A DNA stretch of 26,414 bases from a virus. Taxonomy: Duplodnaviria > Heunggongvirae > Uroviricota > Caudoviricetes. Position numbers and translations under genes: made by a program. Under the pieces are notes generated by a model. The model saw nothing but the letters and a program-made list of their open reading frames with translations, was not told where the DNA came from and made no database searches. Position 1 is the first letter of the stretch. Each line of letters opens with the position of its first letter. Below, in pieces: positions 1-10,868 of this stretch. The stretch spans positions 1-26,414 of the IMG/VR virus record IMGVR_UViG_2537561991_000013, one strand, 5' to 3'.

Positions 1-162
1 GATAGCGGCGCGGGTTTCATCCGCGCCCATTTTCGGCACGCTACCCAGCTTGTCGCCGTTCGCCGGATTGGTGACGTCGATGACCTCGCCATTGTTGGCG
101 TCCAGCCATTCCCCGTTAATCAACGCCTGCTGGCGGAATAAGTTACTGTCGTTAAGTTTCAT
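1..162 (-). CDS. gabD: succinate-semialdehyde dehydrogenase, N-terminal 54 codons only (gene continues past the window start)
   Basis: Reverse-complement translation from ATG at 162 gives MKLNDSNLFRQQALINGEWLDANNGE..., which I recognise as the E. coli GabD N-terminus; lies 22 bp downstream of the lhgO stop as in the csiD-lhgO-gabD operon. Confidence 0.85.
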   Translation of the reverse strand, partial: MKLNDSNLFRQQALINGEWLDANNGEVIDVTNPANGDKLGSVPKMGADETRAAI

Positions 163-184
163 TGTTACGTCCTGTTTTCAAAGG

Positions 185-1453
185 TTATTGATTAAATGCG
201 GCGTGTAAGGCATCCACACTACGTGCCGCTCGCAGCGTGCGTCCGTGGTTACTCTGGCTTGCCAACAGCGTTTGTACCTTGCTGACAATATGCGCACCAA
301 TAGGAATTGCTGATGTCGCTGCCGGGGAGGGCGCATTGCAGGTGTGGATCGTGCGCGGGGTGGTGACAAACAGAAAATCGTCAATCAGCTTGCCGTCCGG
401 CGATACCGCCTGCGCCCGCACACCGGCGGGCCAGGGCTGGAGATCGCTTAACGAAAGCCGGGGACAATACTTTTGCACCAGCCGCAGATAGCCGCTTTTG
501 CACAGCGAGTTTTTCATCTCGCCCAGTCCTGAGCGTAGATGGTTTTGCAGCACCCGGCGAATCCCCGACGAGCCCAAAATTTCCAGCGTGTCGCTAAATG
601 AGAAGTCGCGCTTGCGATAGCCTTCACGTTTGAAAGCCAGCACCGCGTTTGGCCCGACGGTCACGCTGCCGTCGATCATGCGGGTGAGATGCACGCCCAA
701 AAACGGCATTGCTGGGTCGGGGATGGGGTAAATCAGGTGGTTAACAATCTGGTTATGCTCCGGCGCAAGGCGGAAATACTCGCCACGGAACGGGCAGATG
801 ATAAAGCCCGGTTCGAGTCCGAGCATTTTCACCAGCCGGTCAGCCATCAGCCCGGAACAGCTAATCAGCGTCGATGCTTCATATTCACCGCCCTGACTGG
901 TACGTATCACCACGCCGTTTTTATGCTCATTAAGGGCGCTGACTTCGGCGTTATAAATAATCTCGCCGCCTCTGTCCTGAAAGATTTTTGCCATCGCCGC
1001 TGTCACTTCGCGGTAGCTGACAATGCCGCTGGACGGCACAAAAATACCGCCGAGCCCGGTGATATTCGGTTCGCGCTCGCGCAGTTCGTCGGCGTTTAGC
1101 CATTCGCGCTCGATACCGTTCGCCGCTGTGCGTTCCCATAAGGCGCGCATCCGTTCCATTTCGAGCGGAGACGTGGCGACCAGCATCTTGCCGCAGTTGT
1201 CAAAGCGAATGCCGTTTTGATCGCAAAAGGCTTTAGTGGCGCGGTTTCCCGCCAGGCAAAACTGTGCCTTCAGGCTACCGGGCGTGTAATAGACCCCGGC
1301 ATGGATCACGCCGCTGTTGTGGCCCGTCTGGTGACAGGCCGGGCCGGACTCTTTTTCCAGCAACGCAATGCGGGCATCCGGATAGACATCAATCAGTTGC
1401 ATGGCGGTCGACATGCCGATGATGCCGCCGCCAATAATCACAAAATCATACAT
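185..1453 (-). CDS. lhgO: FAD-dependent L-2-hydroxyglutarate oxidase/dehydrogenase
   Basis: ORF 185..1519 trimmed to the internal ATG at 1453 (MYDFVIIGGGIIGMSTAM..., GxGxxG dinucleotide-binding motif at the N-terminus), preceded by GGAATTGAGCGG as RBS; 422 aa; position between csiD and gabD. Confidence 0.85.
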   Translation of the reverse strand: MYDFVIIGGGIIGMSTAMQLIDVYPDARIALLEKESGPACHQTGHNSGVIHAGVYYTPGSLKAQFCLAGNRATKAFCDQNGIRFDNCGKMLVATSPLEMERMRALWERTAANGIEREWLNADELREREPNITGLGGIFVPSSGIVSYREVTAAMAKIFQDRGGEIIYNAEVSALNEHKNGVVIRTSQGGEYEASTLISCSGLMADRLVKMLGLEPGFIICPFRGEYFRLAPEHNQIVNHLIYPIPDPAMPFLGVHLTRMIDGSVTVGPNAVLAFKREGYRKRDFSFSDTLEILGSSGIRRVLQNHLRSGLGEMKNSLCKSGYLRLVQKYCPRLSLSDLQPWPAGVRAQAVSPDGKLIDDFLFVTTPRTIHTCNAPSPAATSAIPIGAHIVSKVQTLLASQSNHGRTLRAARSVDALHAAFNQ

Positions 1454-1472
1454 CCGCTCAATTCCTTTGCGC

Positions 1473-2750
<1,278 letters not shown>

Positions 2751-2772
2751 CTGCCCCGTTTTAGCGGGGCAG
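2751..2772 (-). terminator. hairpin (CTGCCCCG-TTTTAG-CGGGGCAG), probable terminator of the GH13 fragment
   Basis: Perfect 8-bp inverted repeat with a 6-nt loop, 14 bp downstream of the minus-strand stop at 2786; the U-tract after it on the minus strand is imperfect. Confidence 0.4.
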
Positions 2773-2785
2773 ATATAACATTAAA

Positions 2786-3871
2786 TTACAAATAGAGATA
2801 GTTCAGCGGTTCTCCTGTTTTCCCTAAAAGAAGAGCGCTACGCCCAGGAATATTGATATTTAGAGTTCCGCCTCTAAGCATAAATGCTTTACCAGGGGGG
2901 ATAATTTTTCGGGTATTAATAATAATGTTAACGCTATTACTCCCCATGTTTTTATATTTTCCAGGTTGCAATTTGTTAGGCCAGGCACCTTCAACTTCTT
3001 CGTTTCCTTTATTTATTATAATTAGTCCATCATGAGGAGAGTGATTAATGTTCACAGAATCCCCACGACTAAAGGCCAGAACGTTTTTAGTTGCAAATAC
3101 ACCCTCAAATGCGCTCCATATTCCTGCTTTATCTATATATAATGCGTGGAATTCATTGTAGAGCTGCTGATAGGTAGAGCAACCTTTATTAAGCCACGCC
3201 TCATCGCCAACACGCGTCGACCCATCATAATTTTTAATTTCAGTCGTTGATTTTAATACTTGGCCATCCCAGTAAACTAAAGGCCTGCTGAACGGGAGAG
3301 CGGCCATATATGCCATTGCTAATTGTTCATCTTGTTGATGGTTAAATAGAAAGTCATTGAAAATATTGCCATTGTTAGGAAAATCGTGTTTAATGTTAAT
3401 CAATATCCGTCTTTTTGATGGGATGCTTGAGATTGTGGAACCCGGTTTTGATGCAAGGGTTTGGAGATCGCCACCAAATGAAAAAGCTTTTATCGTCTTC
3501 ATGAGCAATGAAAAATCAATGGCGCTTAAATCATCTCTTTCATAAAGCAGCGATGACATTTGTTCTTCATCCAACTGACAAGTTACCAGATATTCCATGT
3601 AATTCATAACGACTTTTTCATGATATTTTGGGTTAAATAAATTAGTATTGTGTAACCGCTCATTATAATTTTTAAGCGGTGGGGTTATTGATCTTTCTAT
3701 TTGTTCATGTTTTGAGTGTTTTGCTGCATCGTAACGTAAACCTCGTACGCCATATTTTCGCATTTCACGAACGTATTGATTTTGCAGCATAATAACCTGG
3801 TCACTTTTGGGGGTTGTTTTAGGCATTCCATTTAAACGCTTTTCTTTTAATGCATGGAGGTTTTCCCATTC
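2786..3871 (-). pseudogene. GH13 (alpha-amylase family) gene fragment, 5-prime end removed at the IS3 boundary (possibly the ygaQ locus)
   Basis: ORF 2786..3826 contains GH13 region II (GLRYDAAKH) about 30 aa from its start and a region-IV-like FLFNHQQD; the frame stays open upstream with no stop until the IS3 left end at 3872, so roughly 150-200 N-terminal codons are missing. Confidence 0.6.
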
Positions 3872-3936
3872 TGATCTTACCCAGCAATAGTGGACACGCG
3901 GCTAAGTGAGTAAACTCTCAGTCAGAGGTGACTCAC

Positions 3937-4236
3937 ATGACAAAAACAGTATCAACCAGTAAAAAACCCCGTAAACAGCATTCGCCTGAATTTCGCAGTG
4001 AAGCCCTGAAGCTTGCTGAACGCATCGGTGTTACTGCCGCAGCCCGTGAACTCAGCCTGTATGAATCACAGCTCTACAACTGGCGCAGTAAACAGCAAAA
4101 TCAGCAGACGTCTTCTGAACGTGAACTGGAGATGTCTACCGAGATTGCACGTCTCAAACGCCAGCTGGCAGAACGGGATGAAGAGCTGGCTATCCTCCAA
4201 AAGGCCGCGACATACTTCGCGAAGCGCCTGAAATGA
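3937..4236 (+). CDS. insE: IS3 OrfA (transposase N-terminal / HTH component)
   Basis: [32 protein letters not shown]... from ATG 3937 with AGAGGTG RBS; the ORF track starts at an upstream GTG at 3928. Confidence 0.85.
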
Positions 4237-5099
4237 AGTATGTCTTTATTGAAAAACATCAGGCTGAGTTCAGCATCAAAGCAATGTGCCGCGTGCTCCG
4301 GGTGGCCCGCAGCGGCTGGTATACGTGGTGTCAGCGGCGGACAAGGATAAGCACGCGTCAGCAGTTCCGCCAACACTGCGACAGCGTTGTCCTCGCGGCT
4401 TTTACCCGGTCAAAACAGCGTTACGGTGCCCCACGCCTGACGGATGAACTGCGTGCTCAGGGTTACCCCTTTAACGTAAAAACCGTGGCGGCAAGCCTGC
4501 GCCGTCAGGGACTGAGGGCAAAGGCCTCCCGGAAGTTCAGCCCGGTCAGCTACCGCGCACACGGCCTGCCTGTGTCAGAAAATCTGTTGGAGCAGGATTT
4601 TTACGCCAGTGGCCCGAACCAGAAGTGGGCAGGAGACATCACGTACTTACGTACAGATGAAGGCTGGCTGTATCTGGCAGTGGTCATTGACCTGTGGTCA
4701 CGTGCCGTTATTGGCTGGTCAATGTCGCCACGCATGACGGCGCAACTGGCCTGCGATGCCCTGCAGATGGCGCTGTGGCGGCGTAAGAGGCCCCGGAACG
4801 TTATCGTTCACACGGACCGTGGAGGCCAGTACTGTTCAGCAGATTATCAGGCGCAACTGAAGCGGCATAATCTGCGTGGAAGTATGAGCGCAAAAGGTTG
4901 CTGCTACGATAATGCCTGCGTGGAAAGCTTCTTTCATTCGCTGAAAGTGGAATGTATCCATGGAGAACACTTTATCAGCCGGGAAATAATGCGGGCAACG
5001 GTGTTTAATTATATCGAATGTGATTACAATCGGTGGCGGCGGCACAGTTGGTGTGGCGGCCTCAGTCCGGAACAATTTGAAAACAAGAACCTCGCTTAG
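4233..5099 (+). CDS. insF: IS3 OrfB (DDE transposase catalytic component; normally made as an OrfAB fusion by -1 frameshifting)
   Basis: 288-aa ORF recognised as IS3 InsF; overlaps the orfA stop in ATGA arrangement. Confidence 0.85.
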
Positions 5100-5250
5100 G
5101 CCTGTGTCCATATTACGTGGGTAGGATCACGCAGGGGTCGGCCCATTTGAGCTTCAGATAGGAACGTTTGAATTCCTTTCACAAAATACATCACATACTG
5201 AACGTGAACATTCCCACTTTGATCTTAAGGCCAAAAAGTATGCAGGACTA

Positions 5251-6969
5251 ATGATTTTTAGGGATAGCTTGAGAGTATTACCTTATGGTCGAGTAGATAA
5301 TGATTTCTTCCAGATAGAAGAAAGACGTTCATGGAATGCAGGGCGATATTATTGGTCTAATAGAAGGATTTTTGGTTATATTGGAATTACTCAATCCAGT
5401 AATAAAGAGCTGAAAGATAAGTCGGGGAGAGAGGGATTCATAAGAAACCAGGCTGCAAGAGAACTGAAAACTATTATATCTAATTTGTTAACTGAACTTG
5501 CTGATAGATTTTTTGGTTCACGTTCTGATGACCGTAAAGAGCTTTTAGAACAAGTTAAGCGTGAAAAAGAGTTAAGAAAATCTGCTCAACAACAAGCTCG
5601 AAAATCAACACAAAAAAGTTTTTCAGAAGCTTTGAAGAATCAGACACCAGTTCTTGATGCTTCCTTGGAGGCTGTTAAAAGGCTGAAAACTAAGCTTGAT
5701 AAAACTGATGGTTCGTTAGATTTAAACTATCTTAAAATTATAGACAGTGATCTTACAAACTTAGATGCGTTGCGCAGTGAAATTAAAACGCCTATCAAAC
5801 CTCCAAAACTTGGAATGTATGAAGAGAAATATAGAGACTACAGAGATAAATTTAATGAGTTCTCTGCGTATATTCTACAAATGAAGTTAGCAATTAATAA
5901 ACTTGATTCTGAATTAAATAAACTTGAGCCTTCATTGTCAGCGAAAAATCACCTTGAAAAAAATCAAGGTATTATTAATTCTAAACTAACTAAGTTTAAT
6001 AACACGATAGAGGAGAAGATACATTCTCTTTTAAAAAAATGGGCCGATGAAATAAAGGTTGATCGAAGTGATTATTATGCTAAAACTATATCAGTTGTTG
6101 ATTCAATAGATAATGATTCACAAATTGAAAATGTGTTTAATTTGCTCGATAGTTTATATGTTGAGTCAGTTGATACCCTAACTTTCAAATATCAATCAAT
6201 AATAAAAGGTCTCGATAGATTATTTGAAGGTATAAACTTAGATTCAGCATTCTCATTATCTGAAGAAGAACGCTCATATTTTGAAGAAAAAGCTAAAAGT
6301 TTAAACGCGCTTGCACAGTTAGGTATTAGTGTTGAGATAATATCTCATGAACTTGAAGAAATGGATTCTATGGTAACCAGAGGACTAAACTCTCTTCCTA
6401 CTTCTGTAAAAGAACACCCTGGTTTTTCATTGGCGTTAAATGCTCACAGATCGCTTACTCAACAAATACGTTTCTTATCACCTTTGAAAATATCAGGTTA
6501 TCAATCCAGGCAGAGAATAACTGGAAAAAATATCATGGATTATGTCCTGAAGTTCTTTGGGGAGCGTTTCGAACGGCAACGAATAACTATTGAATTTAGT
6601 GAAGAGTTTAAGCAAATCGCAATAACAGATATACCATCAAGGATCTATCCTGTTTTTACTAATATTATCAACAATGCAATGTATTGGGTCAGTCTGTCAA
6701 ATAATAGGCTCATAAAGATTGGTTTTGTGAATTCTTTGGTTATCATAGCAAATTCTGGTCCGGCAATTGATACCGATGATATCCCGCGACTATTTGAACT
6801 ATTTTATAGCAAAAGAGCAAATGGACATGGGGTAGGTCTGTATCTATGTCGAGAAAACCTTGCTGTTGCACATCATAAAATATGGTATTCAGAACCTGAT
6901 GAAGGCGATAACTATTTAATAAAAGATGACGCTAATTTTGTGATCCAGTTCAATGGAGTGGAGTTCTAA
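5251..6969 (+). CDS. cytoplasmic histidine-kinase-like protein: coiled-coil-rich N-region, DHp-like H-box and HATPase_c catalytic domain; frame is open upstream to the IS3 end (5130), so the true 5-prime end is probably deleted
   Basis: C-terminal motifs: H-box-like VEIISHELEEMDSMV, N-box YPVFTNIINNAMYW, G1-like IIANSGPAIDTDD, F-box RLFELFY, G2 GHGVGLYLCRENLA. No hydrophobic TM segment. Visibly AT-rich; weak SD before the ATG at 5251; no in-frame stop between 5130 and 5251. Confidence 0.7.
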   Translation: MIFRDSLRVLPYGRVDNDFFQIEERRSWNAGRYYWSNRRIFGYIGITQSSNKELKDKSGREGFIRNQAARELKTIISNLLTELADRFFGSRSDDRKELLEQVKREKELRKSAQQQARKSTQKSFSEALKNQTPVLDASLEAVKRLKTKLDKTDGSLDLNYLKIIDSDLTNLDALRSEIKTPIKPPKLGMYEEKYRDYRDKFNEFSAYILQMKLAINKLDSELNKLEPSLSAKNHLEKNQGIINSKLTKFNNTIEEKIHSLLKKWADEIKVDRSDYYAKTISVVDSIDNDSQIENVFNLLDSLYVESVDTLTFKYQSIIKGLDRLFEGINLDSAFSLSEEERSYFEEKAKSLNALAQLGISVEIISHELEEMDSMVTRGLNSLPTSVKEHPGFSLALNAHRSLTQQIRFLSPLKISGYQSRQRITGKNIMDYVLKFFGERFERQRITIEFSEEFKQIAITDIPSRIYPVFTNIINNAMYWVSLSNNRLIKIGFVNSLVIIANSGPAIDTDDIPRLFELFYSKRANGHGVGLYLCRENLAVAHHKIWYSEPDEGDNYLIKDDANFVIQFNGVEF

Positions 6970-6970
6970 T

Positions 6971-8719
6971 ATGACAGTGGCAAATTATAATTCTCTTGTC
7001 CAGAAAACTTTCTGCGAAAATGCAATTCGTTCCGTTGTCATGATTGATGACGATTTTCTGACGTATTCTGAATCAATCAGGGCGTTGAATAACGAAGTTG
7101 ATTTAGACTACAACAAAATTGACTCATCTAAACGAGCCGCTACTCTTGAGAGCTTTTTTCAATCTAAAAATATGATTTGTGATGTTGACAATGGTTCTGT
7201 TAATTTCGATGTGGATCGGATTAGAAAATCAGATCTTATTATTGTAGATTATCATCTTGATAATAATGCACCTGATAAAACACTTAAACTATTACAAGAT
7301 TTGAAAGACTCCGATCATTTAAATATGATTGTAATATATACTAGAGAGAATTTAGAAACGGTTTGGATGCAGATATCATCGACTCTCAAAGGTGCTCTGG
7401 ATATCAACAGCTTGATCATTGACTACGATAATGAAGATGTCCAAAGTTATTGGGAAGACGTTGTATTACCGAACTTAAATGATAATGGTAATAAAGCTCT
7501 CACAAGAGATGAAACAATAGCCTATATTAAAGACAGTAAGCCTTGTAGAAGAATTAAAAGATTAATACATGATGATGCTGTGTTGGAGGAACAAAAGGAT
7601 AAAAACTTCATTGCAAAAATGATTGCAGAATATGCTGTGTCTAGAAATGCAATTATTTCTAGCAACACATCTGGCAATGTCATTCGGGGTGATGAAAGCG
7701 GAGTAAAATGGATTCAATGTGGTAATATCTTTGTCTCCCTATTTCATAAGGTTCAAGATGATCATGAAAACGATGGAGATAGGATTTGGCAAACTCTCAA
7801 TGATTCTCTCATTGAATGGAAACCATCTTATTATCAGTTAATAAAATCTGAAATTCAGAATGCAATCGAAGCTGAGGCTTTATCTTTTGTAAATCATTTG
7901 GCTAACGATCATTACGGTCAAGCTGCGTGGTTAAATGAGATATTAAAATCAGACTCGCCTGATATTAGATGTAGAAATATTGACTTTGTATTTGGTAATT
8001 TATCAGAAGAGCTTTATCAAAGACTTAAAAATAATAATACGCTGGATGAATTTATCAAAAGTGTTTTTGATAGCTATTCAAATGAATACGCTAACAGCGG
8101 AGTTGCTGCATTGCTCCAATATTGCTCTTCAAAAATGGATCTGCCATCAAATAATGATACTTATCACGAAATGTATCATGCTTTAAATATGAATTTGTCT
8201 TCAAAGAATTTTGAAGATGGTCATATTTCTACTGGCACTATTTTCTTTGATACAGAGTCGAACAAATGGTATTTATGTGTATCTGCGGCATGTGATTTGG
8301 TTCCTACTCAGGGTAACGACCCTCACCATGTAAGATTAAGTCCGCACAGGCTCATTAAAGTTCTGGAGCTTTTTAACGCCAGTCAGAGTAAAGCATTGCC
8401 ATTTGCTGAACATTCGAAATATATATATGTAATGCATAAAAATCAAAGAAAATATCTCTCTATTTTCGAAGGGGATAAAACGCTTCCTGTTGTTGATTAT
8501 ATGGTGGTGTTGAATCATGGAACAACAGTTGATGGCGAAGAAAAAAATATTATTTCTGCCGTGTTTTTAAGTAATATGGATGGCAACGTGCAAAATGTTC
8601 CTGTCCGACTCAAACTTAAATCTCAACTGAGAACTGGTTATGCAGAAAGATATCAGGCTATAGCGTCTCAGTATAGCTCAAGGATTGGTGTGGATTATGT
8701 ATCAATGATGCTACCATAA
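6971..8719 (+). CDS. receiver (REC)-like N-terminal domain fused to an unassigned ~430-aa C-terminal domain
   Basis: ATG at 6971 is 1 nt after the kinase stop, with GGAGTGGAG as SD (the ORF track starts at 6953). N-terminus has REC-like beta1 VVMIDDD, beta3 DLIIVDYHLD, beta4 MIVIYT; the rest has no motif I can assign. AT-rich like the upstream gene. Confidence 0.55.
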   Translation: MTVANYNSLVQKTFCENAIRSVVMIDDDFLTYSESIRALNNEVDLDYNKIDSSKRAATLESFFQSKNMICDVDNGSVNFDVDRIRKSDLIIVDYHLDNNAPDKTLKLLQDLKDSDHLNMIVIYTRENLETVWMQISSTLKGALDINSLIIDYDNEDVQSYWEDVVLPNLNDNGNKALTRDETIAYIKDSKPCRRIKRLIHDDAVLEEQKDKNFIAKMIAEYAVSRNAIISSNTSGNVIRGDESGVKWIQCGNIFVSLFHKVQDDHENDGDRIWQTLNDSLIEWKPSYYQLIKSEIQNAIEAEALSFVNHLANDHYGQAAWLNEILKSDSPDIRCRNIDFVFGNLSEELYQRLKNNNTLDEFIKSVFDSYSNEYANSGVAALLQYCSSKMDLPSNNDTYHEMYHALNMNLSSKNFEDGHISTGTIFFDTESNKWYLCVSAACDLVPTQGNDPHHVRLSPHRLIKVLELFNASQSKALPFAEHSKYIYVMHKNQRKYLSIFEGDKTLPVVDYMVVLNHGTTVDGEEKNIISAVFLSNMDGNVQNVPVRLKLKSQLRTGYAERYQAIASQYSSRIGVDYVSMMLP

Positions 8720-8789
8720 TTATTATATTTTAGGCGTGGTGATTTTTTTCGCCATGCCTATTTTATATTTATCATCACAATGATGTTGT

Positions 8790-9101
8790 TTATTTTTGTT
8801 TAAGTCTTCTAAGCTTCATGCATTCTAATGAGAATAATAATAGAGTTGTGCTGTATATAAAGCCAGAGTTAGTTAATAACTTTAAATTTAATGCTTCAGG
8901 ATTTTCACTGAGAAAGTGAAAGGCATAAACTAAGTATACAGCTAAAGTAGCCGTTCCAATTGTTGGTCCAATATCGCCTTGATCATGAGGTTCAAGGTTT
9001 ACATTGAACTTGAAGATTAGCCATTCAAATCCCCAAGTAAAAAAAACAACTAATATCATGGCTGCGAATAATTTCGCGATGTTATCTGCTGATGGATTCA
9101 T
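8790..9101 (-). CDS. small hydrophobic protein (about 3 predicted TM segments), function unknown
   Basis: 103-aa ORF with three hydrophobic stretches (LFAAMILVVFFTWGF..., IGTATLAVYLVYAFHFL, FIYSTTLLLFSL); convergent with the kinase/receiver operon, AT-rich. Confidence 0.4.
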   Translation of the reverse strand: MNPSADNIAKLFAAMILVVFFTWGFEWLIFKFNVNLEPHDQGDIGPTIGTATLAVYLVYAFHFLSENPEALNLKLLTNSGFIYSTTLLLFSLECMKLRRLKQK

Positions 9102-9243
9102 CAGAACAGATTGTTTCTGAAAAAATTCACAAAGTGAGAGTCCGAAAAAAATAAAAAAAGTGGTCTGGAACTAAATTTTTCAAAAACTTTGAATAGGGTT
9201 TCCATTTTCTTTACCTTCAGGATTATATTAGCTATTCTGATAC

Positions 9244-10473
9244 TTAGGCTACCAGAGCATTTGATCTTTGAGCTTGAACGTAATCACTCCACCATTGCAT
9301 CAAACTCTGTCGCTCTATCAGATATTCTGCACGATTGTATGCTGCGATAATTTCATCTTTTTTCGAGTGGGCAAGCGCTGCCTCAAGAACTTCAGCTCTG
9401 AATTTACCAGACTCCTCTGCCGCTGTTCGTGCAATAGAACGCATACCGTGAGCTACAAGCTCGCCTCCGAACCCCATTCGGATGATAGCTGCGTTGGCTG
9501 TTTGTTCATGCATATGATTAAGAGGCGCTTTTATGCTGGGGAAAACCCATTCTCTATGCCCACTTATTGATTTCATTAATTCAAGGATGCGCAAAGCTTC
9601 TTTACTCAAAGGAACTTTGTGAAGCTTTTTCATTTTCATGAAATCAGCAGGAATGTTCCAAATGCTGTTGGTTGTATCAATATCAGACCACCTTGCGCGA
9701 ACGGCTTCACCCGGACGAACCCATGTCAACAATTGCCATTCAATTAGCATACGTGTTTCCAACCGGATTGACGCATTCGTCAAAGATTCCATAAACCTTG
9801 GCAATTCGCTTGGGGGAAGGGCAGGCATATTTTGCTTTTTTGGTTTACTGAATCTTTGACCAAGGTTGTCAGCCGGGTTGAACTCAATAAGTTCTTCAGT
9901 AGCTGCCCACCGGAAGATTTCATTCAGACGTGAAATGATACGGCGTAGAGTTTCCAATACGCCTCGTTGCTCAATAGGATCAAGGTGTTGTTTTAAGAGC
10001 TTAGGTCGGATCTCATTGATAGGGACATTACCCAGACCGGGAAAGACATTTCTCTCTAAGCTGCGCCAGATGTCTGCTGCATGGTCTTGTGAGATACCTG
10101 ATGTCTTTACCTTCTCATCTAACCATTTCCGCGCTACGGCTTGGAGAGTGTGCTCAGTAGCACTCTTTAATGCCTTCGCCTTATCGTTGTTATGGATTTG
10201 GGGATCAACACCATTTGCCAGAAAGGAGAGATATTCATCACGTAAGGCTCTGGCTCTTGCAAGGGTAAGGTGAGGATATGTCCCAAGGCTCATTTTGGTT
10301 CTTTTCTTGCTCACTGGTACTGCATACCTGAAATACCAATTTTTCTTGCCTCCTTTCGCCAAAGGAGCGATTCGTAGAATCAGACCATCACCGTCAAACA
10401 AGTTGATTTCTTTATCGGCTGGCTTGGTGCTTTTGATTTCAGTGTCAGTGAGCTTCTTAGCGATTTTTGCCAT
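9244..10473 (-). CDS. P4-type tyrosine integrase (CP4-57 IntA-like)
   Basis: ORF 9244..10515; likely start at ATG 10473 (MAKIAKKLTDTEIK...) with GAGGG RBS; C-terminal tyrosine-recombinase motifs (HGMRS...LAH...AAYNRAEY); sits 165 bp from the ssrA 3-prime fragment in the same orientation, as ssrA-intA does in K-12. Confidence 0.85.
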   Translation of the reverse strand: MAKIAKKLTDTEIKSTKPADKEINLFDGDGLILRIAPLAKGGKKNWYFRYAVPVSKKRTKMSLGTYPHLTLARARALRDEYLSFLANGVDPQIHNNDKAKALKSATEHTLQAVARKWLDEKVKTSGISQDHAADIWRSLERNVFPGLGNVPINEIRPKLLKQHLDPIEQRGVLETLRRIISRLNEIFRWAATEELIEFNPADNLGQRFSKPKKQNMPALPPSELPRFMESLTNASIRLETRMLIEWQLLTWVRPGEAVRARWSDIDTTNSIWNIPADFMKMKKLHKVPLSKEALRILELMKSISGHREWVFPSIKAPLNHMHEQTANAAIIRMGFGGELVAHGMRSIARTAAEESGKFRAEVLEAALAHSKKDEIIAAYNRAEYLIERQSLMQWWSDYVQAQRSNALVA

Positions 10474-10575
10474 TTTGGGACCCTCGGTTTTTGGACCCTT
10501 CTTAGTGGGTCCCATTCAGGGTGCCATAACTCGTAGTTCTCAGCAATTCTCACTGGACGACAATAGACGTAAAAA

Positions 10576-10608
10576 AGCCCGCAGAGCTTGTGCTGTGTGG
10601 GCTTAGTA
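10576..10608 (-). terminator. weak hairpin with U-tract between the att fragment and the integrase
   Basis: AGCCCGCA...TGTGGGCT inverted repeat (one mismatch) flanked by an A6 run on the plus strand (U-run on the minus strand). Confidence 0.3.
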
Positions 10609-10638
10609 GACTTCATTGAACTTCAAACAACTAAAAAG

Positions 10639-10674
10639 TGGTGGAGCTGGCGGGAGTTGAACCCGTATCCGAAA
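10639..10674 (-). other. partial copy of the 3-prime end of ssrA (tmRNA): att-type junction, not a functional tmRNA gene
   Basis: TGGTGGAGCTGGCGGGAGTTGAACCCGtaTCCGAAA is the reverse complement of the tmRNA 3-prime end (...GGACGCGGGTTCAACTCCCGCCAGCTCCACCA) with 2 mismatches; the match stops after ~36 nt and the rest of ssrA is absent. Confidence 0.75.
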
Positions 10675-10868
10675 AATTCTTAACCAATTGAATATTAATG
10701 ATTTTTCTAATTTAAAATACCTCACGTGCATTTTACGTGCATATTGTAGTACCTCTAACGTCCTGATTCTGTCCAACATTTTGAAGTGTTTAGGCGCCAC
10801 TGGGGCGGTGATTAGCGCTGTTTTGTGCTGTTCATAGCACTTCAAGACTATTCAATTCAGAGCAATCG

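Larger units (their letters stand above)
3872..5129 (+). mobile_element. IS3 insertion sequence (IS3 family), complete, 1258 bp
   Basis: Terminal inverted repeats TGATCTTACCCAGCAATAGTGGACACGCGG... (3872..3910) and ...CCTGTGTCCATATTACGTGGGTAGGATCA (5091..5129); encodes OrfA and OrfB recognised as IS3 InsE and InsF; flanking 3 bp (TTC on the left, CGC on the right) are not a direct repeat. Confidence 0.9.

Noticed and set aside
5251-8719. Calling the kinase/receiver pair a canonical Detocs system
   Set aside because: Detocs as described has three genes including a stand-alone receiver buffer and usually a nucleoside-phosphorylase effector; neither is evident here, so only a loose architectural resemblance is claimed.
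9866-10273. 135-aa plus-strand ORF and neighbours inside the P4-type integrase
   Set aside because: Antisense to a protein with clear tyrosine-recombinase motifs; Ser/Arg-rich, low-complexity translation.
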